64,000 bases of DNA, taken from NCBI RefSeq assembly GCF_964355755.1, contig NC_092672.1, positions 3,534,001 to 3,598,000 on the forward strand. The letters run 5' to 3'. The DNA is from Antedon mediterranea (taxonomy: Eukaryota > Animalia > Echinodermata). Positions 24,401 to 35,980 of the stretch are shown piece after piece. The notes beneath the pieces are model-generated. The model ran no database searches, was not told the DNA's origin, and saw only the letters and a list, made by a program, of their open reading frames with translations. Every line of letters begins with the position of its first letter. Position 1 is the first letter of the stretch. A program made the position numbers and the translations under genes.

Positions 24401-25521
24401 TCATGTTGGTTTATTAGCTGCAAGTATTGTAAGTTGGTAGTTTCAAAAAGTGGTGGTGGATAACAAAGTCACCTCGAGTCTCCTCTGGAACTGTAGGATT
24501 GATGCATACATATGACTTTATTGCCAGGATCTTGAATACATTGGAAGACTTTCTGGCCAAAATATTCAATGCTTAATACCACATTGCTAATATTCCGAGT
24601 CACCTGCAGTAACTCCCGTGTCAATGGTATGAAGTCTCTGAGTCGTAACCAAATGGATTTTTCAATTGCCATTGTGTTCCTGACGTGTGGCCATAAGGTC
24701 TTATGTTGGCCGCTGCTGCTCTGGAGTAACGCCCTGATACTATTACAAGGCATTACATACATTTCAGCGCAGATTTGGTCTGGATGTACGCATTCCTATA
24801 TTTTCTTGTCAAACCTCTTGTTTTCTTTGAGGCTTCTCATAGAAACTTTTTCAATCACCTGCAGGTCTGTTGACAATCCAGCCAAGATGGTCCGAACGTC
24901 ATACAACATGGAGGTCATTGTCAAACTGCTGTTGAATATCTTTGTATTTCTACTGGTTAAAAAATAAAAAATACATTCCAATATAAATACTGTAACCATG
25001 GCAACACAAATGCCAACTGGAAAAAAAAGGAATGTAGATCATCCAGAAGCAACAGGAACGGAGATGTCACTCATCTGCATCTTGAACTGGTCATGTGTAT
25101 CGCGTTGGACTGAAATGTTCACCTCAGGGAATCCCTGTGTGTATACCATTGTTGTTTACAGCGAAAACAACATTTTTAACCAAAATTGACACATTATGTT
25201 GTGTTTTTCTGCAAAATTGACATTCTAAATAAAATGTTATGACTATAAGTTTGATATCACTGAATAGGAAATTTAATAAGCTTTCGGATGACATAAATCC
25301 CACTTGTATATAATGTATTTTAAATGGTTAAATATATGTAATTAATGGGGCATATTAATTTTGACTTAAAATGACCTTTATTGACCTCTGACCCCTTGAC
25401 CCAATGCTTGGATTTTCGGTGACTTTTAGTATGTCGTTCTACAAATTATATCGAATTCAAAAATACTAGCTTTGTTACTATTGCAATTTGTGGTGGGTAT
25501 ATCATTAGATTGACTGGACTA
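21433..25521 (-). mobile_element. Degenerate Academ (AcademX-type) DNA transposon
   Basis: Imperfect TIRs of ~130 bp starting TAGTCCAGTCAATCTA. 3-bp TSD CAT at 21430-21432 and 25522-25524. Frameshifted minus-strand relics include QHKDL, ADADVL, DDTDLLVLL, LLFAHAIL/GDTTSRVFGIGK (XPG-like H3TH), PEDWGW and CGEC (Cys-rich end). TAG termini, a 3-bp TSD and an XPG plus Cys finger are AcademX traits. Confidence 0.8.
22445..23290 (+). mobile_element. 5'-truncated Rex1/Babar-like LINE fragment (RT C-terminus) nested in the Academ element
   Basis: SPLLYIIYTDDC..KFADDT..LELNVTKTKEIIVDFR, then FKYLG..IVKKGHQRLYLLRKL..FYNSFIE and MPHGRR..NSFLPVAIRLLN across frameshifts. The end coordinates are approximate. 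Confidence 0.85.
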
Positions 25522-25770
25522 CATGATGACTCAGCATTATCGCATCGTCACTGCGCCAACAATATTACAAAACAATTGTTGTTGAATTGTATTTAAACTC
25601 TGGGTAGAAAAAAATAAACGAATTGGGTTATATTTTGATATCGACATAGTGATAAAAAATTAAATTGATAAAATAAATTATTTAAAAAAAACTGGTACAG
25701 TCTCATTGTCCGTTGAAGGCGCTCTTTGTTTTTTTATTTAAAAAACGAGTAGAGAGCAGGTGGATGGTTT

Positions 25771-26356
25771 GGTAACGGGACGATTCGGCCCTGAGACGAT
25801 TCGGCCCGGGACGATTCGGCCCTGGGACGATTCGGCCCGGGACAATTCGGCCCGGGACGATTTGGCCCTGAGACGATTCGGCACACTTAAATTTATCGGC
25901 TTTGATATGCATTTTATAAGCACAAAATAAGCTTTTTCTCCAAACTTTATTTCCAGAGAGACTATATGGGGTAGTACTACTAGAGATAAAGATGCAATAA
26001 AGCAAACATTTTGAAAAAATTGTCGAAAATTATCAATTTTTTTACGCCCTCTATTGGCCGCTTGGCGAATGCACGAAATAAACAAGGTTTTCGAAGTAAT
26101 AAATTGAATATAAAATTACGTTTTTTTAGTAATTTATTATATATATTATATCAAAATCGTCAATATCAATAAAATATTTAAACACCTTTAAAAACTTGAT
26201 AAATAACCAAAAAAATGAATATGAATTTGGTCTAAAGTGAGACGTTTCGGCCAACAAAGTGGGATGTTTCGGCCCAAATTTGGCCGAATCGTCCCACCAA
26301 AAGTGGGCCGAATAGTCCCGGGCCGAATCGTCTCAGGGCCAAATCGTCCCTGAACC
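25771..26356. mobile_element. MITE with 8-bp TSD and 15/16-bp internal subrepeats (Merlin- or Mutator-like termini)
   Basis: TIRs GGTAACGGGACGATTCGGCCCTGAGACG and (reverse complement) GGTTCAGGGACGATTTGGCCCTGAGACG. TSD GATGGTTT at 25763-25770 and 26357-26364. An empty site is present in the paralog at ~53066-53080. Confidence 0.9.
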
Positions 26357-26523
26357 GATGGTTTGGTATCAATTCACACAGCGCGGCCTTTATGAATAAT
26401 ATAAAATGTTATGCCTTGGCTAGCCTGTTCTTCTAAGAGCCACAAAACTTAGGTAAGCTGGTTGTTTATAGTTTTTTCTGTTTTGGTATTACGCTAGGAC
26501 TACTGGTGGTGCCTGCCTGGCAC

Positions 26524-27005
26524 GGGTGTTTCGAAACTAGAGACCCGAGACCAGAGACTAGAGACCCGAGACCCTATACGAAAAGGGAGACCCCACTATA
26601 CGAAAAGGGAGACCCCACTATACAACAATGGAGATCCAAATATACGAAAAGGGAGACCCAAATATACAAAAAAGGGGAAACCCAAATATACGAAAAGGGA
26701 GACCCAAATATACGAAAAGGAAGACCCAAATATACGAAAAGGAAGACCCCAAATATACGAAAAGGAAGACCCCAAATATACGAAAAGGAAGACCCAAATA
26801 TACGAAAAGGGAGACCCAAATATACGAAAAGGAAGACCCCAAATATACGAAAAGGAAGACCCCAAATATACGAAAAGGAAGACCCAAATATACGAAAAGG
26901 AAGACCCAAATATACGAAAAGGAAGACCCCAAATATACGAAAAGGAAGACCCCAAATATACGAAAAGGAAGACCCCAAATATACGAAAAGGGAGACCCAA
27001 ATGTT
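26524..27005. repeat. 22-23 bp minisatellite (GACCC(C)AAATATACGAAAAGG(G/A)A), ~19 copies, at the end of an inserted element starting GGGTGTTTCGAAACT
   Basis: Tandem units run 26570-27001. Homology with copy B stops abruptly at CTGGCAC (26523 vs 53225). Confidence 0.85.
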
Positions 27006-27449
27006 CGATAACTTAACAATTTACTTTCTGGTTATCTGCTCGTGGCGTTATTGTCAGAACGGTTTCTGCCATTTTGGTGTATCGCTTTTCACAAAAACTT
27101 ACGAATTTTGCGTATTTTATCAAAATGAGAATTTTGAATTTATGAGAATAGGTTGGGAGCTTACTTATAGTTTGAGCATATGAGGTTTTAATTTGTCTTG
27201 AATATCGTTTTTTAATATATTCAGTTCTTTTGTTAGAACGCAATCAAGTTTAAACTACCGGTATGTTATGTCCGACAGCCAATTCAGGCCCGTAGCCAGG
27301 GTGGATATTTTATGGTTCGGGTGAAAGTATTTATTCTTTCGTTACTATCATCATTATATCATTACCATTAAAATTATAATTTTACATTGTTTCATTATCC
27401 ACATAAGTGTACATTGATTCATTGTATTGATTGAAAACAAAATTTAGTG

Positions 27450-27850
27450 GAAGATAGTGGAGAGAGCAGCTGCAAAGAGGAAGCTGGAGAAGATGGTCAT
27501 TCATCAAGGTCAGTTTTGTCTTTCACACCTCCTTAAAAACCCTCCTGGGGTGTTTATTCATATGTTAAATTAATCATATTGTTTTACTTCTACAGTAGGC
27601 CTAGTATGCAAACTTCTAGGCATTGATTGTTCTCATTCATTTGAAAAATTCATTATCCTATTTTGTTTTTAGGTAAATTAAAAGGTAGTAAAACTATGGT
27701 GAGAGACTCAAAAGCTGTGATGGATCCCATGGAACTACTAAAAGTTTTACGCTCCACTGATCATTCCAGTAAAGGAGAATGAAGCGTTTAAGGTTCTGGA
27801 ATCCTGCGATGAGAATGTCATGGAGTTAAAGATCTCAGCGAGAGAATGAT
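27450..27850 (+). pseudogene. HELLS: HELLS/LSH 3' pseudogene fragment, copy A (partial exon, intron, last exon with internal deletion)
   Basis: [19 protein letters not shown] followed by a GT..AG intron, then GKLKGSKTMVRDSKAVMDPMELLK. About 110 bp present in copy B (54552-54662) are missing at ~27765. Confidence 0.85.
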
Positions 27851-28073
27851 AACTAACCTGTCTTCAACAATCTATTGTAAGTTTGATCTCTGCATATTCA
27901 TTAAATTTTCCATCAAGATATCTACATCAAATCCATGGCTCCTGGCTTTAAATTTACTACAGTACTGGGTTCACATACTGTGTATAGCCAATATTGCACA
28001 AATTGAAATCTGGGATCGTTAATGGTATTTATGACATTTATTTCTATGCAAGTAGTTACTGTTGTTTTCTGCA

Positions 28074-28952
28074 CAGCACAGTGTTCAGGTTTAAACTATT
28101 GTTAACACCAAGTGTTATTACAAGTCAGCACAGTGTTCAGGTTTAAACTATTGTTAACACCAAGTGTTATTACAAGTCTGCACAGTGTTCAGGTTTAAAC
28201 TATTGTTAACACCAAGTGTTATTACAAGTCAGCACAGTGTTCAGGTTTAAACTATTGTTAACACCAAGTGTTATTACAAGTCAGCACAGTGTTCAGGTTT
28301 AAACTATTGTTAACACCAAGTGTTATTACAAGTCAGCACAGTGTTCAGGTTTAAACTATTGTTAACACCAAGTGTTATTACAAGTCAGCACAGTGTTCAG
28401 GTTTAAACTATTGTTAACAACAAGTGTTATTACAAGTCAGCACAGTGTTCAGGTTTAAACTATTGTTAACACCAAGTGTTATTACAAGTCAGCACAGTGT
28501 TCAGGTTTAAACTATTTTTAACACCAAGTGTTATTACAAGTCAGCACAGTGTTCAGGTTTAAACTATTGTTAACACCAAGTGTTATTACAAGTCAGCACA
28601 GTGTTCAGGTTTAAACTATTGTTAACACCAAGTGTTATTACAAGTCAACACAGTGTTCAGGTTTAAACTATTGTTAACACCAAGTGTTGTTACAAGTCAG
28701 CACAGTGTTCAGGTTTAAACTATTGTTAACACCAAGTGTTATTACAAGTCAGCACAGTGTTCAGGTTTAAACTATTGTTAACAACAAGTGTTATTACAAG
28801 TCAGCACAGTGTTCAGGTTTAAACTATTGTTAACACCAAGTGTTATTACAAGTCAGCACAGTGTTCAGGTTTAAACTATTGTTAACATCAAGTGTTATTA
28901 CAAGTCAGCACAGTGTTCAGGTTTAAACTATTGTTAACACCAAGTGTTATTA
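28074..28952. repeat. 52-bp tandem repeat, ~17 copies
   Basis: Unit CAGCACAGTGTTCAGGTTTAAACTATTGTTAACACCAAGTGTTATTACAAGT; period checked at 28081/28133. Confidence 0.97.
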
Positions 28953-29891
28953 CTCTTACAACATAAAGAAAATCAAAGACTGTACACAAATATATCTTAT
29001 GTAAAACTTTTAATATAATACAAATAGTGATAACAAAAATCCATAACTTATCAACTTTAAATGTATTTTATACAGAATTATATTTCACTATTTCTACATC
29101 ATATAGAAAAAATATTTCAACATCAATATATTTAAAAACACACCAATGAAATATATAATGTCTTCATTGTTTGATTTTTGTCATTTTTAGTTTTACAAAT
29201 TCTACTACAACTTTGTTCTGCTGTTGTTACTGTGCAAAGACATCTCATAATGTGTTTATTTGTTAATATAATTTCTAATTACGTTTTCATTTAATAAAAC
29301 TGCTTTTGATAACAAATTACGTTTCATCATTATCTTCATGTTATGTTTTGTAGTTTCAAGTTGTACCACTTTACTTTTAGTATTTAACCAGCCAACCTAA
29401 TTATAAAGAGTTGTATTAATTACATTTAAAATAATATTATCACATAATTACTTTAAAACACGCACAACCAAATCTATACAATATATCAAGTAAAAAACAT
29501 TGCATTATTATAAAAGAATAATTTTCATTAAATATGTCAGCACAGCTTATAAAGATTATAATGAATAAGAAACAAACATTCTTGTTTATCTGCATGCTAC
29601 AGCTGTTAATAATGATTACTTCCGTTGCTAGTGTGCCGCGTGCGGAAGTACGCGCGCGCGCTCCGTCGATGAAGGTAAGTATGTCAAAATAAATTTTATG
29701 TTTTAGATTATCATATTGATTTATTCTACTATACGATTTTTATATAAAAGGTCAATTTTTTATATTGAATACAAATTTAATGTTTGAAATGCAATTATTT
29801 GCGATATTAAAAATTAACACCTGCTTGCTGCGAGATTTAAAAATGTGTTTGTTATATAGTAGAAGTAACATACGTTATCAGTGAAAACTAA

Positions 29892-31837
29892 CTAATGATA
29901 AAAATTAATATTTCTCTTTGAACACTCTTCAGCCACGTGTTCGATGACTTTAGCTGATAGATTGCAATCCCTCATGTAAAGCCTCCACAGCTTAGGAGAC
30001 GTAATGAGAAATGAAGACAATGAATTAACATCAATGTTGTCAAGGTTGTTACGAGAGATATCCAGATATTCTAATTCTAATTGAACTTGATTGAGAGAAC
30101 ATTCTGATACAAAGTCATTAAATACATCACGTGATAGATTCCGAATCCAAACATATTCACATTTATCTACAATGCCTAAAATGTGTGCAATAACTCTTCC
30201 CTTTCGCTCCAATGTCATCTTACTAAAAAAGTCACCGATACTATAATCATAATATTGCATACAATACAATTGCATAATTAGACGTATGAAATGCCCATCA
30301 CATTGCACACCTGGACTAATGTAATCAATAAACATTCTTATGGAGGTAGATATATTATTTATTTCTAAATCTTTGCTTGTCATGTGATTAATTAATTCAT
30401 TAACCACAGCATCTTCGTGTTCTTTTTTAACAAAGTTAAAATTTCTCGGCAGATAGCGATATGTTGACAAACTATTTGTAACCCAGTGCTTTAGGAAACC
30501 GCCGGCTTTATCACCAAGGAAACCAATTGCAAACTCTCTCGCTCTGTATAAATGCCTCCTCTCTCCTATAACCTCCCACTCATCATCATCCAATGGTGTA
30601 AGTAATGTTCGTACATCTGAGCACCACTCATTCTCCATACCTTCACTTTCACATAATTTGCACAAGTAAAATCCCACCAATGACTCTACTATCAACTTGT
30701 GAGGAGGCATAAAAATAATTTCAAAATTCGATTTTAAAATCGGTGCTACTTCATAAACAAATCCAAGTTTTACGGACATGTCAACTAAATCTTTATTCGA
30801 ATGTTTATCATTCAAATCTTTCATGTTTATTGAAAGTCGATTTACTTTCAAGCTATCATACATACATTTTCCCAACAAAATCATAGCATTTACAAACTTT
30901 GCTGGTGTGTCTTCAAATTTAGAAAGCTTTGCGAATTGTTCTTGTTTGTTGAACTGATTCAAAATACTTCGAAATATTTCTTTAAAAAGTTCACCTTTAT
31001 CTGTAGGAAGGCTTTGACTGTCTTCCCACAGCAAACAGATTGAAAAAAGCAGCATTGGATTTTTGCACATTGCATACGCTTCAGGATGTTTTTTCTCAGC
31101 CCAATAAGTGTCAATATCCAATTCGTTTCGAAGGGATTTTCCCAATTCTAGTTTTCCAAAATGTTTGTCAATGTACTTTCCTATGCTCTCGTTATTAAAT
31201 CCCCTAACTCTTACATGTACGTTACTCTCTTTTACAAATTCGTCTATGTTTTCTGATCGTGAAGTAAGTATCACAGCACTGTTTTCTAAGTTGTTCTTTT
31301 TGAACAGACTTATTACGCTTTGATTATTAAATCTCAATTCGTCTAATCCGTCTAAGAAAAATACCAATTTATCGTCATGGGTTATTAGAAAATCTTGAAT
31401 TAACTCTGAATTTCGTGGAAGTTTTGTGTGCCTGCTAAATTCTTTCATATCAGTTTGCTTTACAATTAGATCAATGATGTCATCATCTTTGTCTAAATCC
31501 CGTACACTTAAAAGAAATACAATTTTACCTTTAAATGATTTCATTAATTGAGTAGCCGTAGCCCAGTTGTATGACAAATGCCTTAATATGGAAGTTTTAC
31601 CTATCCCACCCTCGCCATCAATAAGAGCTCTACATCCAGGTGTGAGTACATCAACCACATCTGGTAATGTTGCTGGTTTGTAGCCTTCATTCTGGTCACC
31701 TTCTTTCAGTAGTTCGATATCGGTAAACATCTGTGAAATGTCAACTTTGTATCTACCACGCATTGTTTCTGGTGTAAATTTACTGGCCTGGAAACACAAT
31801 TTCTTTTGTCTTTGAAGCAGATATTCTTTAATTTTTT
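29892..31837 (-). CDS. NLR gene A, last exon: NACHT NTPase, winged-helix/HD2 region and 2-3 LRRs (spliced gene 35142-29892, ~882 aa)
   Basis: Walker A GEGGIGKT, Walker B FFLDGLDE, sensor-1 ILTSR, VRGF, NPMLL and PHKLIVE motifs. LRRs LEYLDISRNNL and LWRLYMRDCNL. The AG acceptor at 31839-31838 gives a phase-1 in-frame join. Confidence 0.92.
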
Positions 31838-31917
31838 CTGATGAGAAAAAAAATAAGAAAATATGCCAAGAAAGATATTTGATTTAAGTTAATTTTAATT
31901 AATAAAGGCCTACAATT

Positions 31918-32510
31918 TCTTCCGTGAGCGGCCACCTCCATTGACGACCGCACTTTCAAAGCATGTTTGTTCTTCCTATCTAATTAGTGCAGTTGGTACC
32001 TCTCGTAAGCGGTCACCTACCGTAAACGGCCGCGGCCACTGTTTTTTTTACTAAAAATGAATTTTTTGTATGGCAAATTACCTCCCGTACACGACCACCC
32101 GAAAATTTCGTATTTACTTTTGACAAAAATACAATTTTGATACTTATATATTGTGCGCTATATATTATTAGCTTTATTTCAAAGCGGATTTAAAAACATT
32201 TCTGTGAAGAACATTCTTGTGTTTTTTAGATGAGATGAGAAAACTACACAGATTTTGACCGACCATTTTCATAATTATGATAAAAGCTTTTAAAATTTGT
32301 TTGAAAATCATAAATAATACTAAACCACCTGATAATAAACAATAAAATACAATTAATAGTTGGAGAATTTAGAGGCTCGTTGCGTTAAGAACGCCGAAAA
32401 TATCGTGCATAGTCATAATACGTGATTTTAGCCTTCTATCTGCAGAACCTAGAATTGTAAGCGGTCACCTCCCGTAAGCGTCTTCTTTTCCTGGTCCCGA
32501 GACTGTAATG
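31918..32510. mobile_element. Degenerate MITE-like relic in the NLR intron (also at ~58520-59095)
   Basis: GC-richer repeated motif AGCGG(T/C)CACCT(C/A)CCGTAA, of the kind seen in Tc1/mariner-pogo MITE subtermini. It is shared by both duplicates. Boundaries are approximate. Confidence 0.35.
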
Positions 32511-33457
32511 CAAATTGTGTATAAATTAAAGCCGAAGTACACTCAAGTAAATTATATAGAGGGCAAAAAACTATATTCAATAAAAAACGAAGAAAACTGA
32601 AACAACTGGATCCGCACCGATATTGTAGCCGTTAAGTAGCAATCCACCGCTTATATAGTAAACCTCATATGTCGGGCGTGCTGCTGGTGTTGATTTTGTA
32701 TTTACTACATAAGCTGTGTTTCTACATTAGCTGGAGGTAAAGCGGATATTTTACATTTACGGTTTCACGACATTAGCGGTTATGTGACGCATGAATTAAT
32801 TTTGTTTGTAGGTGAATTAAAAGCTAAATTGTAGTATAAGAAATTAAAGATTTTTCAGGTATATAGTATACAGTATTCAGTATTCAGTAATCCAACTTTT
32901 GCTTATACGACAGCAATAACAAATAATATTAACATATATTATATGCATTTAAGTTATTAGGTTAAAAGGCCATTTGTTACAGAGGACGTTTATGATTGAA
33001 ACTAAACTCACAATTATCTACGTCATAATTACATTCATTAATGATCATCCACAATATTGTATGCCACAAATAGATAAATTAATACTGTACAGTAAAGAGA
33101 TTATAGAGGGCGGCAAACAAAATATATCATTAATCAGAACGAAACTTGATTGTAACTACTACAGAGTACACCAGCATGAAATAGTACGGTGAATTACTAT
33201 TTTCGAATTTGATTAGAAACTTTTTTTATAGAGACATTTATTTTCAAATTAATTATGATTAAATGAGCAAAATTAAAGTAAGACAATGTGATTTTGTTTG
33301 GTAAACATTTCTTCAAACATAAATTATATCTATCTAAACCCATTAAACTCAGTTTTACTTAATATACTTTCTAAATAGGAAATTTATTTTTTTCTGATAT
33401 TAATTTTTTAAATACCATATTATTATGTAATGCGTTCATATAACTAAAGTAACTCAC

Positions 33458-33589
33458 TTGAATCTGATTTTTTCAAGCCCAATCTTTCGCGAGTGATAAC
33501 AAACCAAGATTTTCTGTTTCCTCGTGAGGCAGAGTCTTTATATTCTCTTCGCTTTCCTTGTTCTTCTTGAGTCGTCGACACTTCCTCAT
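33458..33589 (-). CDS. NLR gene A linker exon (132 nt, phase 1-1)
   Basis: AG acceptor at 33591-33590 and GTGAGT donor at 33457. Reads DEEVSTTQEEQGKRREYKDSASRGNRKSWFVITRERLGLKKSDS and is conserved in copy B. Confidence 0.8.
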
Positions 33590-34245
33590 CTGTTTAAGGA
33601 AAAATAACTAATTCTATCTTTTCTGAATATATTTTATTTGGAAAACATTATTAATATTATTACAATGCTGATTAACAATTTTAAGCATTGTTTTTACCAA
33701 ATTAATATGAATGTAATCATGTTAACTATTTATTTAGGTTTGTTCACGGCTAGATAATATCATGTTGTTAATGCATAAGAATGTTTTATTGTTACAGAAA
33801 CTTCGTTTTTCCATTGATTGTAGTATAGGCGGAATTATAGAGGGCGGCAAACACAATTTTTAATCTATCAGGGGTTATCTAAATATGCTCAACAGAGGGC
33901 AGCAAACAGAAAAATAAACATTTTCAGAGCCGTACACCGTGTAGTGGCGATTGTCTTGAAATACTAATAAAACATAAATATTTACTCTGAAAATCTAACT
34001 TTTTAGTAGACCTATTTTTATTTGTATTCAATAAACAAACTTTGCAATGCGGATTAGAATTAAGCTTATTGGATCTCAAAGAATAATATTATGTGTAAAA
34101 CGGTCTTACTTATTATGGTGTTAACAATTCGTTTTTTAAACAATGAAGCTTCCTAATTATTATATCCTTCTACATACATGTGGTCAGGATTGGAATTAAA
34201 CATCAAAAAGGATTTTGTTTAAATATTATTCTGAAAGCAACAAAC

Positions 34246-34305
34246 CTGTTTCTGATGTACCCTCTTTTCGAATTCCTTGTTCTTCATTACTTGTTGCCAC
34301 TTGCC
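34246..34305 (-). CDS. NLR gene A linker micro-exon (60 nt, phase 1-1)
   Basis: AACAG acceptor and GTTTG donor. Reads GQVATSNEEQGIRKEGTSET and is homologous to the three micro-exons of copy B. Confidence 0.75.
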
Positions 34306-34631
34306 CTGTTTAAATAATAAAATAATAATAACAACAACAAATGAAAAGACAATTATTCTACCTAAAAATCTACCGATTGTTTGGGAGCAAAATACGGTAC
34401 ATTTTTAGTAAACTATCCTGTTTCTGATTTAACCTCTTAATAGGCCTATTGTGTACTGTATAATTATGTAAATCAAATATTTAAAAACCCGTTTTATAAT
34501 AATTTGTTTAATGAACTTCGTTATAAATTAGGCCTACAGTTAAATACACATTTCAAAATTACGTATTTAGGTTCCATTTAAATCAAATGATCTCAAGTAA
34601 GTGTTTTATGCATAATAATGTGGTGATCTAC

Positions 34632-35142
34632 CTTTTAGAAAACTTTGTGCATGTTGGTTTATAAGCTTTGCAAAAGTGTCACGGTCGTCTTGAGATTTCA
34701 AGCGTCCGGCTTTCTCAATGTGATATACAACATCCCATATATTCTTATAGTTGTAGGCACTCAGTTTGTAGAAACCAATAACCGTCATCAAATCGTCGTT
34801 GTCAGTGTTAGTTAGCACATTAAACATTGCTCTGCGATATGCTGTTAATCCTACACCTGCTGTATCGCTACTTTGGATAGTGTTCTTATATGTGTCTATG
34901 CGTTTTGTTGCTGGGGCCATCATGGTTACTTCAGCAATGTCCGACAACAGCTTCACATCAGTTTTGGAAATCAATCCACGGTCAGTCAGTTGATTAAATA
35001 AATCTAGGACTGATTTTACATCAAGAGTTCCAATGGGTATAATACCAAATAGAAGCATTCTCAGCCATCGCAGGTTTACACCAGAATAGTATTCACTAAG
35101 TTCTCTCAGAAATGTTTGGAATTCTACATCTTTTTCATCCAT
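34632..35142 (-). CDS. NLR gene A first coding exon: tandem death-effector-domain (DED)-like module
   Basis: F..FL.ELS..L..LRMLL..IP...L...SVLDLF.QL..RGLIS..DV.LL is a DED pattern. A second repeat reads YRRAMF..L..DDL..IWDV..IEK.G.L. The acceptor TTTACAG lies 7 nt upstream of the ATG and the donor AAG|GTAGAT at 34631 is phase 1. Confidence 0.85.
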
Positions 35143-35329
35143 TTTGATTCTGTAAAGAATAATAATAATAAATTTAATTTTGTCGAATTTTTCTTATTGA
35201 TTTTAGCAACTTTGACAGAAATATTGATTAAGTAAATAGTAAAGCAAAACATACATATTATTAGTAGACAAAGAAAGATAAAAACATAAACAATTAAGTC
35301 GGTGTTTCTCACTTACAAAATAGAAACAA

Positions 35330-35980
35330 ATCTAGATCACTTACATTAACTATGAACAATGTTTCCACTGATGACGTCAGGCCTTAACAGTTTAATGTTC
35401 TTTCACTTTAAAGTTCCATCTGTTATAATGTTCCCTTAAGTTGCAACAGCTATGTTCCCTTTACATCAGATCTGTGATTGTGAACAATTCACATTAGTTT
35501 ACCAGTGAGTGGTGCAGGACTGAATTGTTTTCTCACTTTAAAGCAGAGTCGGCTAACTATTAAAAGCCGGATCAACTTAATCGTGATCACCTTAAGGATT
35601 TTGTCTAAGTTCAATGATGAGCGACATGAAATGAACAAACAACAACGTTTTCAAGTCCTATTTCATGAGTAGGCCGTAGAAGCTAACACCACAATAATAA
35701 TATAAGAATTCTAGGTTCTTGATTTTAATATTTCATCATAAAGGAAGTACCGGCTTCCTTTGTGCATTCATGCATGGCGTGATTTTGAATAATTTGTCAC
35801 TCAAAAAAACACATGATTTGTTAGTTCATAACTTCGTAATAACAGTTTACCATTATATAGCCACCACCAGGTAGGCTTGCTTCATCAACGTCTATGAATG
35901 GATGACTAGTTGGGAGCAGGAACGCTAGTAGATCAAACCCAGTACCGTTTTTGATTGCGATCATGCGGGAAATTACCTCA
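35330..35980 (-). promoter_or_regulatory. Putative 5' UTR exon/promoter region of NLR gene A with CRE, IRF-like and kB-like motifs
   Basis: GTAAGT donor-like sites near 35315 and 35344; TGACGTCA at 35372-35379; AAAGTGAAAG on the minus strand at 35400-35409; GGGAAATTACC at 35967-35977. These are motif matches only. Confidence 0.3.

Larger units (their letters stand above)
16841..34438. repeat. Segmental duplication copy A (paralog about 52676-63225), expanded by satellites and transposon insertions
   Basis: Colinear matches: 16841-17000 with 52676-52845, 25525-26523 with 52823-53225, 27450-31900 with 54234-58510, and 31900-34438 with 58510-63225 once the foldback insertion is removed. Confidence 0.9.

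Noticed and set aside
25703-26085. ORFs with PGRIV/AESS repeats
   Set aside because: They are translations of MITE subterminal repeats.
26506-27243. Several overlapping repetitive ORFs on both strands
   Set aside because: They are artefacts of a stop-poor 22-23 bp minisatellite.
34105-34155. Additional NLR micro-exon with a GTAAG donor
   Set aside because: The candidate has stop codons near its 3' end, and the paralogous segment has a length-changing poly-T run.
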